Of a DNA stretch of 64,000 nt, positions 9,595 to 18,530 are shown piece after piece; position 1 is the stretch's first letter, and every line of letters starts with the position of its first letter. The position numbers were made by a program, and so were the translations under genes. Below the pieces are notes generated by a model. It saw only the letters and a program-made list of their open reading frames with translations, had not been told where the DNA came from and did no database searches. The stretch is from Candidatus Uhrbacteria bacterium (GTDB lineage Bacteria > Patescibacteriota > Patescibacteriia > UBA9934 > GWF2-40-263): assembly GCA_016844925.1 (NCBI GenBank), contig JAERTI010000035.1, positions 4,949 through 68,948 on the forward strand, written 5' to 3'.

Positions 9595-10128
9595 TCAGAG
9601 CGCATAGCGCCGTAGTTCTTTTCGACAGGCCTTGGCTCCTGGCCAAAGCTGCTCCACAAGCGCCCAAAACGCCTTTGAGTGATTGAAGTGTGTTGTGTGT
9701 GCAAGCTCATGCGCCACAATGTACTGCGCTAGGTGCATCGGAAGAAGAGAAAGTTTGTAGTGAAACCCAAGCGTCATGCCACTACTACAGCTCCCCCACT
9801 GACGCTTCCAGTTTCCGAGTCGAATACGATCAATAGTCACCGGATGTAATCGTCGCATTTCCAGCACGGTTGCCTCGATTAACTTTAACGTCTCACGTTC
9901 TACACGCTCGCGTGGAACACCGCGGTGCGAGAGTGACTGACCGGGTTCAACAGATGCCATGCGTTCCACCTGTTTCTCGATCCACGCACGATGAGTATTT
10001 ACATGTCTCTCAATCATGCGCGGCGTTATCCCCCTCCTCTCAGGCACTACCACCTCCCATCGCCCACCAGGATGAACGACGATCGACATATTCTTGGCAC
10101 GTTTACTTTTTCTCACAGGAATATCCAT
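9595..10128 (-). CDS. YgjP-like zinc metallopeptidase (DUF45 / M48-like)
   Basis: It carries HELAHTTHFNHS (HExxH plus downstream His) and a WGSCSS motif. Confidence 0.7.
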   Translation of the reverse strand: MDIPVRKSKRAKNMSIVVHPGGRWEVVVPERRGITPRMIERHVNTHRAWIEKQVERMASVEPGQSLSHRGVPRERVERETLKLIEATVLEMRRLHPVTIDRIRLGNWKRQWGSCSSGMTLGFHYKLSLLPMHLAQYIVAHELAHTTHFNHSKAFWALVEQLWPGAKACRKELRRYAL

Positions 10129-10196
10129 AGCCCCATCATTCTATCAAAAAACCCGGCACGAACATGTCGTAACCGGGGAGCGTTGCGCTCAGTGCA

Positions 10197-10682
10197 CTAC
10201 GCCGCGAAGGCCAGGGCGGCCATCTGTCGCCCCTGCGTCACCAAGCACTTGGCCAGGAGGTCGCGCAGGGAAGAGCAGGAGACCACCTCGCCCGAGAGCG
10301 GGTTGGTGAGCTGCTGACTCGTCTCCGGGACGCGCTGGGCGGCGTGCACGGAGATGAACGTGATGTACTGATCGAAGGCGGCCGAGGGCCTCTTGCCCTG
10401 ACCATCCCAGTCCTCGTTGAGCTTGCGCATCGGGAAGGACCGACCGATCAGGAAGGCGTAGATCTCCAGGAACAGGTCCCGGGGCGGCTTGTAGCTCTTG
10501 TCACGCACCACGAAGGAGGTGCGCTTGGCGAGCGTCAGCACGGCCTGGAGGGACTCGAGCTGCATGAGCAGCGGATCCGTCTCCTGGGCCATCGCCTCGG
10601 TGGCCGTCTTGAAGTGACCCCTCAACTCCTCGATCAGGACCTGCCGGGGGTTGGGCGCCTTCGACTTCTTGCGTCTGGACAC
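10197..10682 (-). CDS. Hypothetical protein, high-GC foreign-type gene (GTG start with aggaga SD)
   Basis: Manual codon read-out shows GC3 at almost every codon (CTG ATC GAG GAG ... GCC ACC GAG GCG ATG GCC ...). The plus-strand 10344-10862 ORF is its antisense shadow. A minus-strand hairpin plus T6 terminator lies at 10145-10175. Confidence 0.55.
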   Translation of the reverse strand: MSRRKKSKAPNPRQVLIEELRGHFKTATEAMAQETDPLLMQLESLQAVLTLAKRTSFVVRDKSYKPPRDLFLEIYAFLIGRSFPMRKLNEDWDGQGKRPSAAFDQYITFISVHAAQRVPETSQQLTNPLSGEVVSCSSLRDLLAKCLVTQGRQMAALAFAA

Positions 10683-10753
10683 TGGCTCTCCTATCTGTCG
10701 CCGAGTGGAATAATCGTGCGACTACAGGAAATTACGCTCTGCTGGCAGGACTG

Positions 10754-11281
10754 TCAAGGCATCACTGCCCCTGTCTCAACCTCGGCAGATGTCGTCGCTA
10801 AAAACGTCATGAGAACCACGGAATCAACTAAATCAAGGGCATGCGTGTCCTGGTTAGCTTGAAACACTCCATCACCGTTGTCGTGGTAAAGAATGGCGTA
10901 GTAGACCGCCCCATCCTGCAGAGGATCATCGAGAAAGACTGTCAGGTGCTCCCCGCCAGTTTCAAGCAATTCCGAGACACCGATCACCACCCCAGGCACG
11001 CCTCCATCATCATTAAGTATCGCCACATAGCCGGGCTGATTCAGCACGACATACCCCACCTGAACCCCCTTAGCGCCTGCGGCCTGGTTCTCGACATACA
11101 CAGCATTATCCCCCCTTTCCAGCATGCCCTGGAATGTCTGTGCCCGAACCTCCTCCATCTCCTGACTCTGCCCAACCTCTTCCTCCACCTGTGCAGCGGG
11201 TTCGCTAAGGGCTAGCCCAATAAGAAGGGCTACCACGATAAAAAAGAAGAAAATCCAGAGTTTTGGGACTTGATTTGTCAT
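10754..11281 (-). CDS. Hypothetical membrane-anchored/secreted protein
   Basis: The gene was trimmed to the ATG at 11279-11281 (MTNQVPKLWIFFFFIVVALLIGLALSEPAAQ, a signal/anchor). The listed upstream extension is unlikely. Confidence 0.45.
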   Translation of the reverse strand: MTNQVPKLWIFFFFIVVALLIGLALSEPAAQVEEEVGQSQEMEEVRAQTFQGMLERGDNAVYVENQAAGAKGVQVGYVVLNQPGYVAILNDDGGVPGVVIGVSELLETGGEHLTVFLDDPLQDGAVYYAILYHDNGDGVFQANQDTHALDLVDSVVLMTFLATTSAEVETGAVMP

Positions 11282-11305
11282 ATGCCTCCAGTCTAGCACA
11301 AGACC

Positions 11306-11334
11306 TGGACACAAAACCCCCCATCCGCTATACT
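11306..11334 (+). promoter_or_regulatory. Sigma70-like promoter of rpmB (TGGACA-17 nt-TATACT)
   Basis: TGGACA is at 11306-11311 and TATACT at 11329-11334. The -10 box lies 27 nt upstream of the rpmB ATG. Confidence 0.45.
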
Positions 11335-11360
11335 CCCGGACGACAACTAACCACTCGATT

Positions 11361-11603
11361 ATGTCCACTTCTTGTATTGTTACGGGCAAAAAGACGGTGA
11401 CTGGAAACAATGTCTCTCACTCAAACGTGAAGACCAAGCGCAAACTCAAGGCAAACTTGATGAAGAAGCGCCTTAAGAATCCAGCAACCGGACGAGACGT
11501 GACGGTCACAATCTCAGCTCGCGGCCTGCGCACCTTGCGCAAATGGGATCGCGAAGGAAAGACCTACGACCTTGCAGCTCTGAAAAAGAACGCCCAGAAA
11601 TAA
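11361..11603 (+). CDS. rpmB: 50S ribosomal protein L28
   Basis: MSTSCIVTGKKTVTGNNVSHSNVKTKRK...VTISARGLRTL matches the L28 pattern (C-x-VTGK-x-x-GNN-SH). Confidence 0.8.
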   Translation: MSTSCIVTGKKTVTGNNVSHSNVKTKRKLKANLMKKRLKNPATGRDVTVTISARGLRTLRKWDREGKTYDLAALKKNAQK

Positions 11604-11604
11604 A

Positions 11605-11652
11605 ACACCCCCCACTTATTGAGCTTAGCTCGACGTGGGGGTGTTTTTGTTT
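11605..11652. terminator. Bidirectional rho-independent terminator between convergent rpmB and hflX
   Basis: aaaacaccccccac...gtgggggtgtttttg forms a perfect 10-bp GC-rich stem with A-run and T-run flanks. Confidence 0.7.
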
Positions 11653-11658
11653 GCGTCC

Positions 11659-12756
11659 TTAAATCTCAAGGGACGTCTCAACGAGCTCAAGCAACTCACT
11701 AAATCCAGAATGCTCCTGAGCAGAAACAAAGGCCACAGGAAGCTCGTCATACTGCTCACGTAAGGCACATCTATCAAGCCGCTCAACTTGGTCGATCTTA
11801 TTAAATACGAGAATCCGTGTCCGCTCAGAAAGCCCGAGACGCTCCAAAATATCCTCCACAACCCTGATGTGCTTATCACGATCCTTATCGCTCGCGTCGA
11901 CAACATGAATGAGCACATCCGCCTCTACGGCCTCAGATAACGTCGAGGAAAAAGCTGCTAGAAGCTCTGGTGGCAAATCTTTGATAAATCCAATCGTATC
12001 GCTCACCAGCGCCGTCGAATTACTTCCAGGCAAGAACAGTTGCCCCACGCGGGTATCGAGCGTGGCAAACAATTCATCTGCCGCGTATTCTTTTCGGCCA
12101 GTAAGCGCGTTCAGCAATGTCGTCTTCCCCGCATTTGTGTACCCAACAATCGACACCGTCTTAAGCCCACGCCTGCGCCGCCCCTGCCGCACCAGACTTC
12201 TCCCCTTTTGAAACTTCTCGAGCTTCTTCTTGATCCGGCGCTCCTTCTCTTTCAAGTGCCGCTTCATGCGCTCAATGTTGGTCTCACCCAGCCCACGCGT
12301 TCCCGTTCCCCCTCCCTGACGAGAGAGCTCCATACCCATCCCGAAGATTCGCGGCCCCATGTGGCGCACACTAGCAAGTTCGATCTCGAGCTTCGCCTCG
12401 GCCGTCTTGGCGTGCTTGGCGAAGATTTTCAAAATAAGGTCAATTCGATCCCAAACCTTCATCCCATAAGGCCTGAGCGCCTCACCAATATCAAACAGCT
12501 GCCGAGGTTTTAATCGATCATTGATAATAAGCAGGCTCACGCCATTTTCCTTTCCCTCTAGACCAAGCTCCTCCACCTTCCCCGTCCCTAGATACGTCTT
12601 GGGATGCGGCCCCTGGCGCTTCTGCCACTGCTTAATAATAACGATGCCCCCATAGGTATTCACCAGTTCCTCAAGCTCAACCATGCGCTCAAGAGCGTGG
12701 TGCTTATTCATTCTTGGATGAATCAAATCAACAAGTATCGCTTTTTGTTTTTTCAT
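11659..12756 (-). CDS. hflX: GTPase HflX
   Basis: An N-terminal HflX domain is followed by a G-domain with GYTNAGKTTL (G1), DTIGF (G3) and NKID (G4). Confidence 0.8.
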   Translation of the reverse strand: MKKQKAILVDLIHPRMNKHHALERMVELEELVNTYGGIVIIKQWQKRQGPHPKTYLGTGKVEELGLEGKENGVSLLIINDRLKPRQLFDIGEALRPYGMKVWDRIDLILKIFAKHAKTAEAKLEIELASVRHMGPRIFGMGMELSRQGGGTGTRGLGETNIERMKRHLKEKERRIKKKLEKFQKGRSLVRQGRRRRGLKTVSIVGYTNAGKTTLLNALTGRKEYAADELFATLDTRVGQLFLPGSNSTALVSDTIGFIKDLPPELLAAFSSTLSEAVEADVLIHVVDASDKDRDKHIRVVEDILERLGLSERTRILVFNKIDQVERLDRCALREQYDELPVAFVSAQEHSGFSELLELVETSLEI

Positions 12757-12817
12757 GCGGGCCTATCATAACAAAAACTCCGACGTTATGCCGGAGCGGG
12801 AGGGTCTTGCGTAGACC

Positions 12818-13189
12818 CTAGGCGTTCTCGATGAGGAACTGGAGGTCGAGCTTGAGTGCGCAGACCACCTGCTTCATCCCCTCGATCTCCACGGGGAGAT
12901 GTTCGGAGCTCTGAAGCTTTCGATACTCCACCAGCACCCCGTCGAAGCAGTCCACGATCCGCACTGCTGCCTGGTAGTCCTTCTGACGCATCGCGAATCG
13001 GATGGCCATGTACGTCGAGAGGATCTGGAACCGGAGTGCCTTGACCAATTCACCACTCAGACGCACGGCCCCATCCTTGTCCTTCCAGGCCTGCGCGTGC
13101 TGCTCGAGCGTCTCCCGAGGCGTACGAGAGATCACCTCAGTGATCTGCGTGATCGCATCTCTGACATTGGGATCCATTTCTTCTGCCAT
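12818..13189 (-). CDS. Hypothetical protein, high-GC foreign-type gene (aaggag SD 6 nt before the ATG)
   Basis: GC3 is saturated (GAT CCC AAT GTC AGA GAT GCG ATC ACG CAG ...). Plus-strand ORFs 12899-13462 and 13002-13598 are antisense shadows. A terminator hairpin ctccggcataacgtcggag plus T-run follows on the minus strand (12775-12800). Confidence 0.55.
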   Translation of the reverse strand: MAEEMDPNVRDAITQITEVISRTPRETLEQHAQAWKDKDGAVRLSGELVKALRFQILSTYMAIRFAMRQKDYQAAVRIVDCFDGVLVEYRKLQSSEHLPVEIEGMKQVVCALKLDLQFLIENA

Positions 13190-13235
13190 TTCAGCTCCTT
13201 GTCAGACCCCCACCCTGCCACCGAAGAGCCCAACC

Positions 13236-13280
13236 GTCAATCCACCAATCAAAAAACCGCCCCAAAAGGGACGATTTTTT
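13236..13280 (-). repeat. Terminator-promoter junction module, variant A (GTCAATCCaccaatcAAAAAACCG...hairpin...TTTTTT), downstream of hup
   Basis: It shares GTCAATCCA and AAAAACCG with the modules at 20469-20501 and 32332-32365. Read on the minus strand it is an imperfect hairpin plus TTTTTTGATTGGTGGATTGAC, which contains a TTGAC -35-like element. Confidence 0.5.
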
Positions 13281-13292
13281 GTACTAAACCTT

Positions 13293-13580
13293 TTATGCTT
13301 CCAGCAATGCGTCCTTTGCGGACTTTGCTACGCGGAACTTTACGACAGTCTTTGCAGGAATCTGGATGGACTCTCCTGTCATTGGGTTGCGTCCCATGCG
13401 GGCTGCACGCTCCTTCTTTACGAGCTTACCGAGCCCTGGAAGTGGGAACTCTCCGTTTGTGACAACTTCGCGCAATGCGAGTTCTACAAACGCCTCCCAT
13501 TTCTCTGTAGCTTCTTTCTTAGACAAACCGAGGAGCTCGCCGTAGGCAGCCATGAACTGGCTCTTAGTGAGTTTTGCCAT
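13293..13580 (-). CDS. hup: DNA-binding protein HU
   Basis: MAKLTKSQFMAAYGELLGLSKKEA...RMGRNPMTGESIQIPAKTVVKFRVAK is canonical HU/IHF. Confidence 0.9.
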   Translation of the reverse strand: MAKLTKSQFMAAYGELLGLSKKEATEKWEAFVELALREVVTNGEFPLPGLGKLVKKERAARMGRNPMTGESIQIPAKTVVKFRVAKSAKDALLEA

Positions 13581-13702
13581 AATATGTGGAAAACTTAAGT
13601 TTTACGCGGATTAGCTTAACATGGTGTCCATTTTTTGGGAATATCTGAACCTTTTGTCCATCCACAGGTACTTTCTCCTAAAACGCGATCAAAAAAACGC
13701 GG

Positions 13703-14092
13703 CTATACCGCGCTTCCAAGGCTCTCTCGTCCATGCATCCAATCCATCGCCTTGGCAATATCCTGCTGAACAATATCTGTCATTTCCTTTTCTCCTGGAT
13801 AAGGAACCAAATCCCTCATCTTCTGTACCAACTTCACCTTCATCCGCTTTCCATTCAATTCCATCTTTTGTCCAAGCAAATGCACCTCCATTTTTAAGTT
13901 ATATCCTGTACGCCCATCATTTATGCAAATCAATGACCCATAACGCTTCCCATCTACTTCTGCTTCACCAACGTATACTCCAAGTGCAGGAATAATCACC
14001 CCTTGCTCAACAGCAATATTCGCGGTCGGACAACCAAGCCGACGCGCCATTCCTTCCCCTGGGACTACGCGCCCTTGGAATGATAATTGCAT
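13703..14092 (-). CDS. Monofunctional riboflavin kinase (RibF C-terminal-domain type, no FAD-synthetase domain)
   Basis: GMARRLGCPTANI (GRGxxLGxPTAN) is followed by LGVYVGEAEVDGKRYGSL and MEVHLL blocks. It is only 129 aa. Confidence 0.7.
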   Translation of the reverse strand: MQLSFQGRVVPGEGMARRLGCPTANIAVEQGVIIPALGVYVGEAEVDGKRYGSLICINDGRTGYNLKMEVHLLGQKMELNGKRMKVKLVQKMRDLVPYPGEKEMTDIVQQDIAKAMDWMHGRESLGSAV

Positions 14093-14125
14093 ACAAATTT
14101 AGTTAAGCAGAGGACGCCCTGAGGG

Positions 14126-14566
14126 TCAACGCTTCAACCCTCGAACGTGTCCAAGGGCCTTTTTCACGATAGGTACCATGTCGCGATAACTCGACATTTT
14201 CTCCACCCGGCTCATGGGCACCCACTTCGCATCGTAAGCGTGCTGATCTGGATCTGGATAGAGCTTGCTCCCAGGAGGCGCCTCAAACAGATAGTAGTGA
14301 ATATCCTTATTGATCAACTGCCCCTTTTTCTCAAAACGGTCACGGAACCAAATATCAATTGCTCCCAAGTACTCCAAAAGTCGCACTTGTTCCAGCCCAA
14401 GCTCCTCAAGGGTCTCGCGCGCGGCAGCTTCCTCGATGTCCTCTCCCTTTTCAACATGTCCCTTCGGGAAGGTCCACTTTCCATAAGAGTCCTTCATCAT
14501 CGCAAAAGAAACACCGTTACCGGATTGACGATACACAACGCCACCAGCAGACAGCTCTCGCTGCAC
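14126..14566 (-). CDS. Nudix hydrolase
   Basis: The canonical Nudix box is GHVEKGEDIEEAAARETLEELG. The likely true start is the GTG at 14564-14566, preceded by aaggag plus 3 nt. The 33-aa basic N-terminal extension in the ORF track is an out-of-frame read of the ctp acidic tail. Confidence 0.75.
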   Translation of the reverse strand: MQRELSAGGVVYRQSGNGVSFAMMKDSYGKWTFPKGHVEKGEDIEEAAARETLEELGLEQVRLLEYLGAIDIWFRDRFEKKGQLINKDIHYYLFEAPPGSKLYPDPDQHAYDAKWVPMSRVEKMSSYRDMVPIVKKALGHVRGLKR

Positions 14567-14576
14567 CTTCTCCTTT

Positions 14577-15896
14577 CTACTCGGCGGCCTCTTCGCCTTC
14601 GTCTGCTTCTTCGGCCTGCTCGACGCCTTCGACGTCTTCTTCGGTTGTGTCTTCTTCTGGTTCATACGTTCCTAATAATAGAGCTATGGCCGCGTCCAAC
14701 TGAGGATCAATCTCGGCCTGATATTGTTCTAGCGTGTACTCGACAATGAAGTCGGGCTCGATTCCTGTCTCGTTGATGGTTCGACCGTTCGGTGTGTACC
14801 ACTCAGCCGTGGTGATCTTCACAGCCGATCCGTCAAAGATCTCCTGATAGTCCTGAACGGATCCCTTTCCAAACGTCTGTGTTCCAACCAACTGTCCGTA
14901 TCCATAATCTTGCAGAGCTCCTGCAACAATCTCTGAGGCCGATGCACTTCCTCCATTGACCAGCACGATCGTCGGCACATCTTCCAATCGAGGTGCCATA
15001 GCTCCATCAAAGGAAGTTGCTCCTTCTCGTGTTCGCTCAATAACCACGGTGTCATACCCCACCCAGAAGCTTGCAATATCAATCGCGGTTGTGAGAAGTC
15101 CTCCCGGGTTCGATCGTAGGTCAAGGATAATCCCTTCCACGTCCGCCGCAAGTGCCTCTTGAACAGCCTGATTCATGAGCGCGCTCGTATCGTGATTAAA
15201 CGTGGTGATCGAGATTTCCATGATGTTGTTCTCGTCTGTTTCCCACTGAACTGAATCGATCACAATCTTGTCACGCACAAGTGTGACATCTGTCAGTGTA
15301 TCAAGTCCGTTTCGAGAAATAGTGAGCACCACCTCTGTACCTCCTTCACCACGAATTAGACTCACAGCCTCTTCCACCGTCATGTCCATGGTTTCAATAC
15401 CATCAATCATCACAATCCAATCCCCTGGCAAAAGCCCCGCCTCATCTGCAGGCATCCCTGGCAACGGAGCCACGATCTGCAGACGATCTTCTTTAATCCC
15501 AATCTCTGCACCGATCCCCTCAAAACTCCCCTCCAAATCAGCCGTAAATTGTGCTGCATCCTCAGGATCAAAATAGACAGAGTACGGATCATCAAGACCG
15601 GCAACCATCCCCTTCAAGGCCCCATAGTACAAATCTAAATCGCTCACGGGCTGGCGGTAAAAATCCTCTTTGACAAAATTCCAAATCTCCCAAAAGTTCT
15701 CAAAATCTACATCCTCAGACAAATAAGCGGGGACATCTCCTTGTCCTGTGACATGCCCCTCTCCCTCTGGAACGATCTCTAGAGATCTACTCGTCTCCCC
15801 AACAAAAAAACCGATGCTAAATGCGATCGTCGTGGCAAGAATGAATAGGAGAATGGTAAAGGACCGTGGAAATTTCTGTTGCGTCATGGTAGTCAT
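14577..15896 (-). CDS. Carboxyl-terminal processing protease (S41, CtpA/Prc family) with PDZ domain
   Basis: An N-terminal TM anchor is present. The PDZ motif is GLLPGDWIVMIDG. The S41 catalytic region is LRSNPGGLL...GGSASASEIVAGALQD...TFGKGS. Confidence 0.85.
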   Translation of the reverse strand: MTTMTQQKFPRSFTILLFILATTIAFSIGFFVGETSRSLEIVPEGEGHVTGQGDVPAYLSEDVDFENFWEIWNFVKEDFYRQPVSDLDLYYGALKGMVAGLDDPYSVYFDPEDAAQFTADLEGSFEGIGAEIGIKEDRLQIVAPLPGMPADEAGLLPGDWIVMIDGIETMDMTVEEAVSLIRGEGGTEVVLTISRNGLDTLTDVTLVRDKIVIDSVQWETDENNIMEISITTFNHDTSALMNQAVQEALAADVEGIILDLRSNPGGLLTTAIDIASFWVGYDTVVIERTREGATSFDGAMAPRLEDVPTIVLVNGGSASASEIVAGALQDYGYGQLVGTQTFGKGSVQDYQEIFDGSAVKITTAEWYTPNGRTINETGIEPDFIVEYTLEQYQAEIDPQLDAAIALLLGTYEPEEDTTEEDVEGVEQAEEADEGEEAAE

Positions 15897-15944
15897 AGGT
15901 GGCTATAGGATACCCCATCTGAGAATGGTGTAAACTACCCCCAT

Positions 15945-17270
15945 ATGTCGAATCGATTGCGTCTCCTTCTTTTTCTGGCATTTCTGCTCATGTTTTTGAT
16001 TGCAGCACCTCTTTTGGTTCTTTATACGGCTGGCTATAGGTTCGATATGGGATCTGGACACATTGTCCATACGGCCGTCCTGAACATCTCGTCCATTCCG
16101 AGAAATGCCAACGTGTATATCGACGGCCAACCAGAGACAGACCGAACTCCCGCTGTTATAGAAACCGTTCTTCCTGGAGAGCATGAAATTCAATTGCAGA
16201 AAAAAGGATACATCACCTGGACACAAAACCTCTTCTTTAAAAGCCGGGAGGCCACCTTTGCCACCGACACGGTTCTCTTTCTTGATGAGAGCCCTGAACC
16301 CATCCAAGAACTTACCTCCATCCAATCCGCCATTAGTCCGACAGGCGACCTCTTGGTGTATCTCACTCAGGAAAGTTCTTGGTTAGAACTCTGGAGCACA
16401 ACAGGTTTTGAGGACTCGACTCGACTCCTCATGCGCCTGCCTCATGATGCCTCTAGTGAGTATTCAATCTCGTTTTCTTTAAGCGGTGACTACATCCTCC
16501 TTGCTCGAGAGGAAGGTTCCTTCTCTGAACTCACCATCGCCGACACGCAAAATGGCGACCTCGTGAGTCTCCCCATTCCCCTTTCAGATACTCTTGCATA
16601 TTGGTGGGACACACAACGTGATGACTTGCTCTACGTAGCCTTTACTGACACGTCCTACCAAATTGACCTGACAGCGAGTACGGAGACGCTTCTCATGGAC
16701 GACATGGAGCGCATGACTACGTTTGATGATCGAGACGTTCTTCTCACAGAACACAATAGCCGTGCTGTGCTCTCGTTCCTGGAGGATGACACTGCTTCCA
16801 TCATCACCTACCTCCCCCTGGGAACCTACTTCTTTGTCCCCGCACCAGCACCTCTCATCGGACTGTTTGATGCTCAGCACGAGAGACTCGTTCTCATCGA
16901 TTCTGAAAACCGCGATCAACCTATCCTGCTTAATGAAGCTGCCGCGCAATGGGAATGGAATGAGAACGATCAGCAACTTCTCTACTCCAGTGGCTTTGAC
17001 CTGCGTCTCTACGATCGTTATCAACACGAATCTGACACGCTTACTCGTCTAAGCGACCCCATCGAGCACCTGACATGGTACCCACAGGGCTCCGTTGTGC
17101 TCTACCAAGCCGCCGGAACAACGTATGCTTTAGCCGTTCAAGACCCACAACCTGAGCACTTGGCGCTCATCGAAGAAGCTCCGGGGCTCTTCTGGTTCGT
17201 AGACGACGCCCAGAACCTCCTTCTCCTCAGTGACGAAGGTGCTATGTGGAAACGACCTCTGCAAAAATAA
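15945..17270 (+). CDS. PEGA-domain membrane protein (the only large plus-strand gene in the first 27 kb)
   Basis: An N-terminal TM helix is followed by a PEGA-like block NANVYIDGQ...TPAVIETVLPGEHEIQLQKKGYITW. Confidence 0.55.
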   Translation: MSNRLRLLLFLAFLLMFLIAAPLLVLYTAGYRFDMGSGHIVHTAVLNISSIPRNANVYIDGQPETDRTPAVIETVLPGEHEIQLQKKGYITWTQNLFFKSREATFATDTVLFLDESPEPIQELTSIQSAISPTGDLLVYLTQESSWLELWSTTGFEDSTRLLMRLPHDASSEYSISFSLSGDYILLAREEGSFSELTIADTQNGDLVSLPIPLSDTLAYWWDTQRDDLLYVAFTDTSYQIDLTASTETLLMDDMERMTTFDDRDVLLTEHNSRAVLSFLEDDTASIITYLPLGTYFFVPAPAPLIGLFDAQHERLVLIDSENRDQPILLNEAAAQWEWNENDQQLLYSSGFDLRLYDRYQHESDTLTRLSDPIEHLTWYPQGSVVLYQAAGTTYALAVQDPQPEHLALIEEAPGLFWFVDDAQNLLLLSDEGAMWKRPLQK

Positions 17271-17304
17271 ACAGACCCTCATGGGCCTGTTTACCTTCTC
17301 TTGA

Positions 17305-18387
17305 TTACAGCTCGATAAAACTATTATCTCCCACAACCAGCCGATGGCTGGTTTTTGGATGGGAGCGTTTATGATCTACCAACGTCGCATTGACACCAAT
17401 CAGACTATTTACAATCCGTCTCGTTGTGTCGATCGTCGCTCCGTCAAACACGATGGAGTGCTCAACCTCACTATCTTTGATTGTCACATCGTCACCAATG
17501 GCCGTGTACGGTCCAATGAAACTCGATTCGATCGTGCAGTTTTTTCCGATCGCTACCGGCCCTCGAATCAAACAGTCACTCGCGATAGTCGACCCTTCAC
17601 CGATCGACACAAGCCCCTGGATTTGCGCATCAACGTGTGGCTTGCAATCGACACAGAATTCTCCACGCTCCATATCATCCATGATCAGAGCATTCCCCTC
17701 GATCAGCGCATCCGGAGTTCCTGTATCCTTCCACCAACCCGTAATCTCCTCGTGCCCAACCTTTCCATTGCGGATGTACCACGTAATGATGTCGGTGATC
17801 TCGTACTCTCCACGTGCGGAAGGCTCCGCTGTCTTGAACGCTTCAAAAAACTTTTCATCAAATAGATAGATCCCTGTCACAGCAAACGGTGATGGCGGAT
17901 CTTTTGGTTTCTCCACCGTGCGCTTAAGTGTGCCATCAGCATGGAACTCTGCCACACCAAAGCGGTGCGGGTCCTTTACCTCTGAGAGGGCGATCATGCA
18001 GTCAAGATCTTCATTCTGAAACCGGTCGACAAACTTGTTGATCGATCCAAGGATAATGTTGTCCCCTAAGAAGAACAGGAAGCGCTCACCCTTGAGGTGC
18101 TCCTCAGCATTGGCCACAACGTGCGCGAGCCCCTTGGCTCCACCGCGCTGCTCCAAGTACGTAATCTTGGCACCGAACTCTGACCCATCTCCCAGGGCGT
18201 CAGACATATACTTCACCTCGCCTGGATTGACGTTGATGATGATGTCTTTAATCCCTGCATCCGTCACCTTTTTTAGCACATACCAAAGCATGGGCTTATT
18301 GGCCATGGGGATCAAATGTTTGTTTCGTGTCCACGTAATGGGACGAAGGCGCGTCGCGCGGCCTCCAGCAGCAATAAGGGCTTTCAT
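17305..18387 (-). CDS. Sugar-1-phosphate nucleotidyltransferase, long form with C-terminal left-handed beta-helix (glucose-1-phosphate thymidylyltransferase-like)
   Basis: The start is MKALIAAGGRATRLRPIT (GGxGTRL). A GDNI motif and C-terminal hexapeptide repeats are present. It is adjacent to rmlB/rmlD-like genes. Confidence 0.75.
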   Translation of the reverse strand: MKALIAAGGRATRLRPITWTRNKHLIPMANKPMLWYVLKKVTDAGIKDIIINVNPGEVKYMSDALGDGSEFGAKITYLEQRGGAKGLAHVVANAEEHLKGERFLFFLGDNIILGSINKFVDRFQNEDLDCMIALSEVKDPHRFGVAEFHADGTLKRTVEKPKDPPSPFAVTGIYLFDEKFFEAFKTAEPSARGEYEITDIITWYIRNGKVGHEEITGWWKDTGTPDALIEGNALIMDDMERGEFCVDCKPHVDAQIQGLVSIGEGSTIASDCLIRGPVAIGKNCTIESSFIGPYTAIGDDVTIKDSEVEHSIVFDGATIDTTRRIVNSLIGVNATLVDHKRSHPKTSHRLVVGDNSFIEL

Positions 18388-18438
18388 ACGGCGATACTCT
18401 AGCTCGAGTACGAAATGGCGTCAAACACTTTAGATAAG

Positions 18439-18495
18439 AAAAAGCAGCCGTATTTCAGGCTGCACGTAGCTCAATCTGTGTTCCGGAACAGGCGC
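18439..18495 (-). repeat. Conserved ~55-bp multi-hairpin 3' element D1 (terminator plus palindromes) after the high-GC Nudix gene 18531-19391
   Basis: The sequence AAAAAGCAGCCGTATTTCAGGCTGCACGTAGCTCAATCTGTGTTCCGGAACAGGC matches 19473-19530 at about 45 of 52 positions. On the minus strand GCAGCCtgaaatacGGCTGC plus TTTTT is a rho-independent terminator. Further palindromes tgttccggaaca and ggcgcccgtaagcgcc follow. Confidence 0.65.
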
Positions 18496-18530
18496 CCGTA
18501 AGCGCCTCTACTGGATCCTAGATCAAACCG

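Noticed and set aside
10344-10862. 172-aa plus-strand ORF antisense to the high-GC gene 10197-10682
   Set aside because: High-GC DNA yields long antisense ORFs. The minus-strand frame has saturated GC3 and an SD-preceded start, and the plus frame does not.
12899-13598. Plus-strand ORFs 12899-13462 and 13002-13598 (187 and 198 aa)
   Set aside because: They are antisense shadows across the high-GC gene 12818-13189, the junction module and hup. The hup frame is unambiguous (canonical HU sequence).
14147-14749. 200-aa plus-strand ORF antisense to the Nudix/ctp junction
   Set aside because: It is a low-complexity Leu/Arg-rich antisense product. Both sense genes carry strong family motifs.
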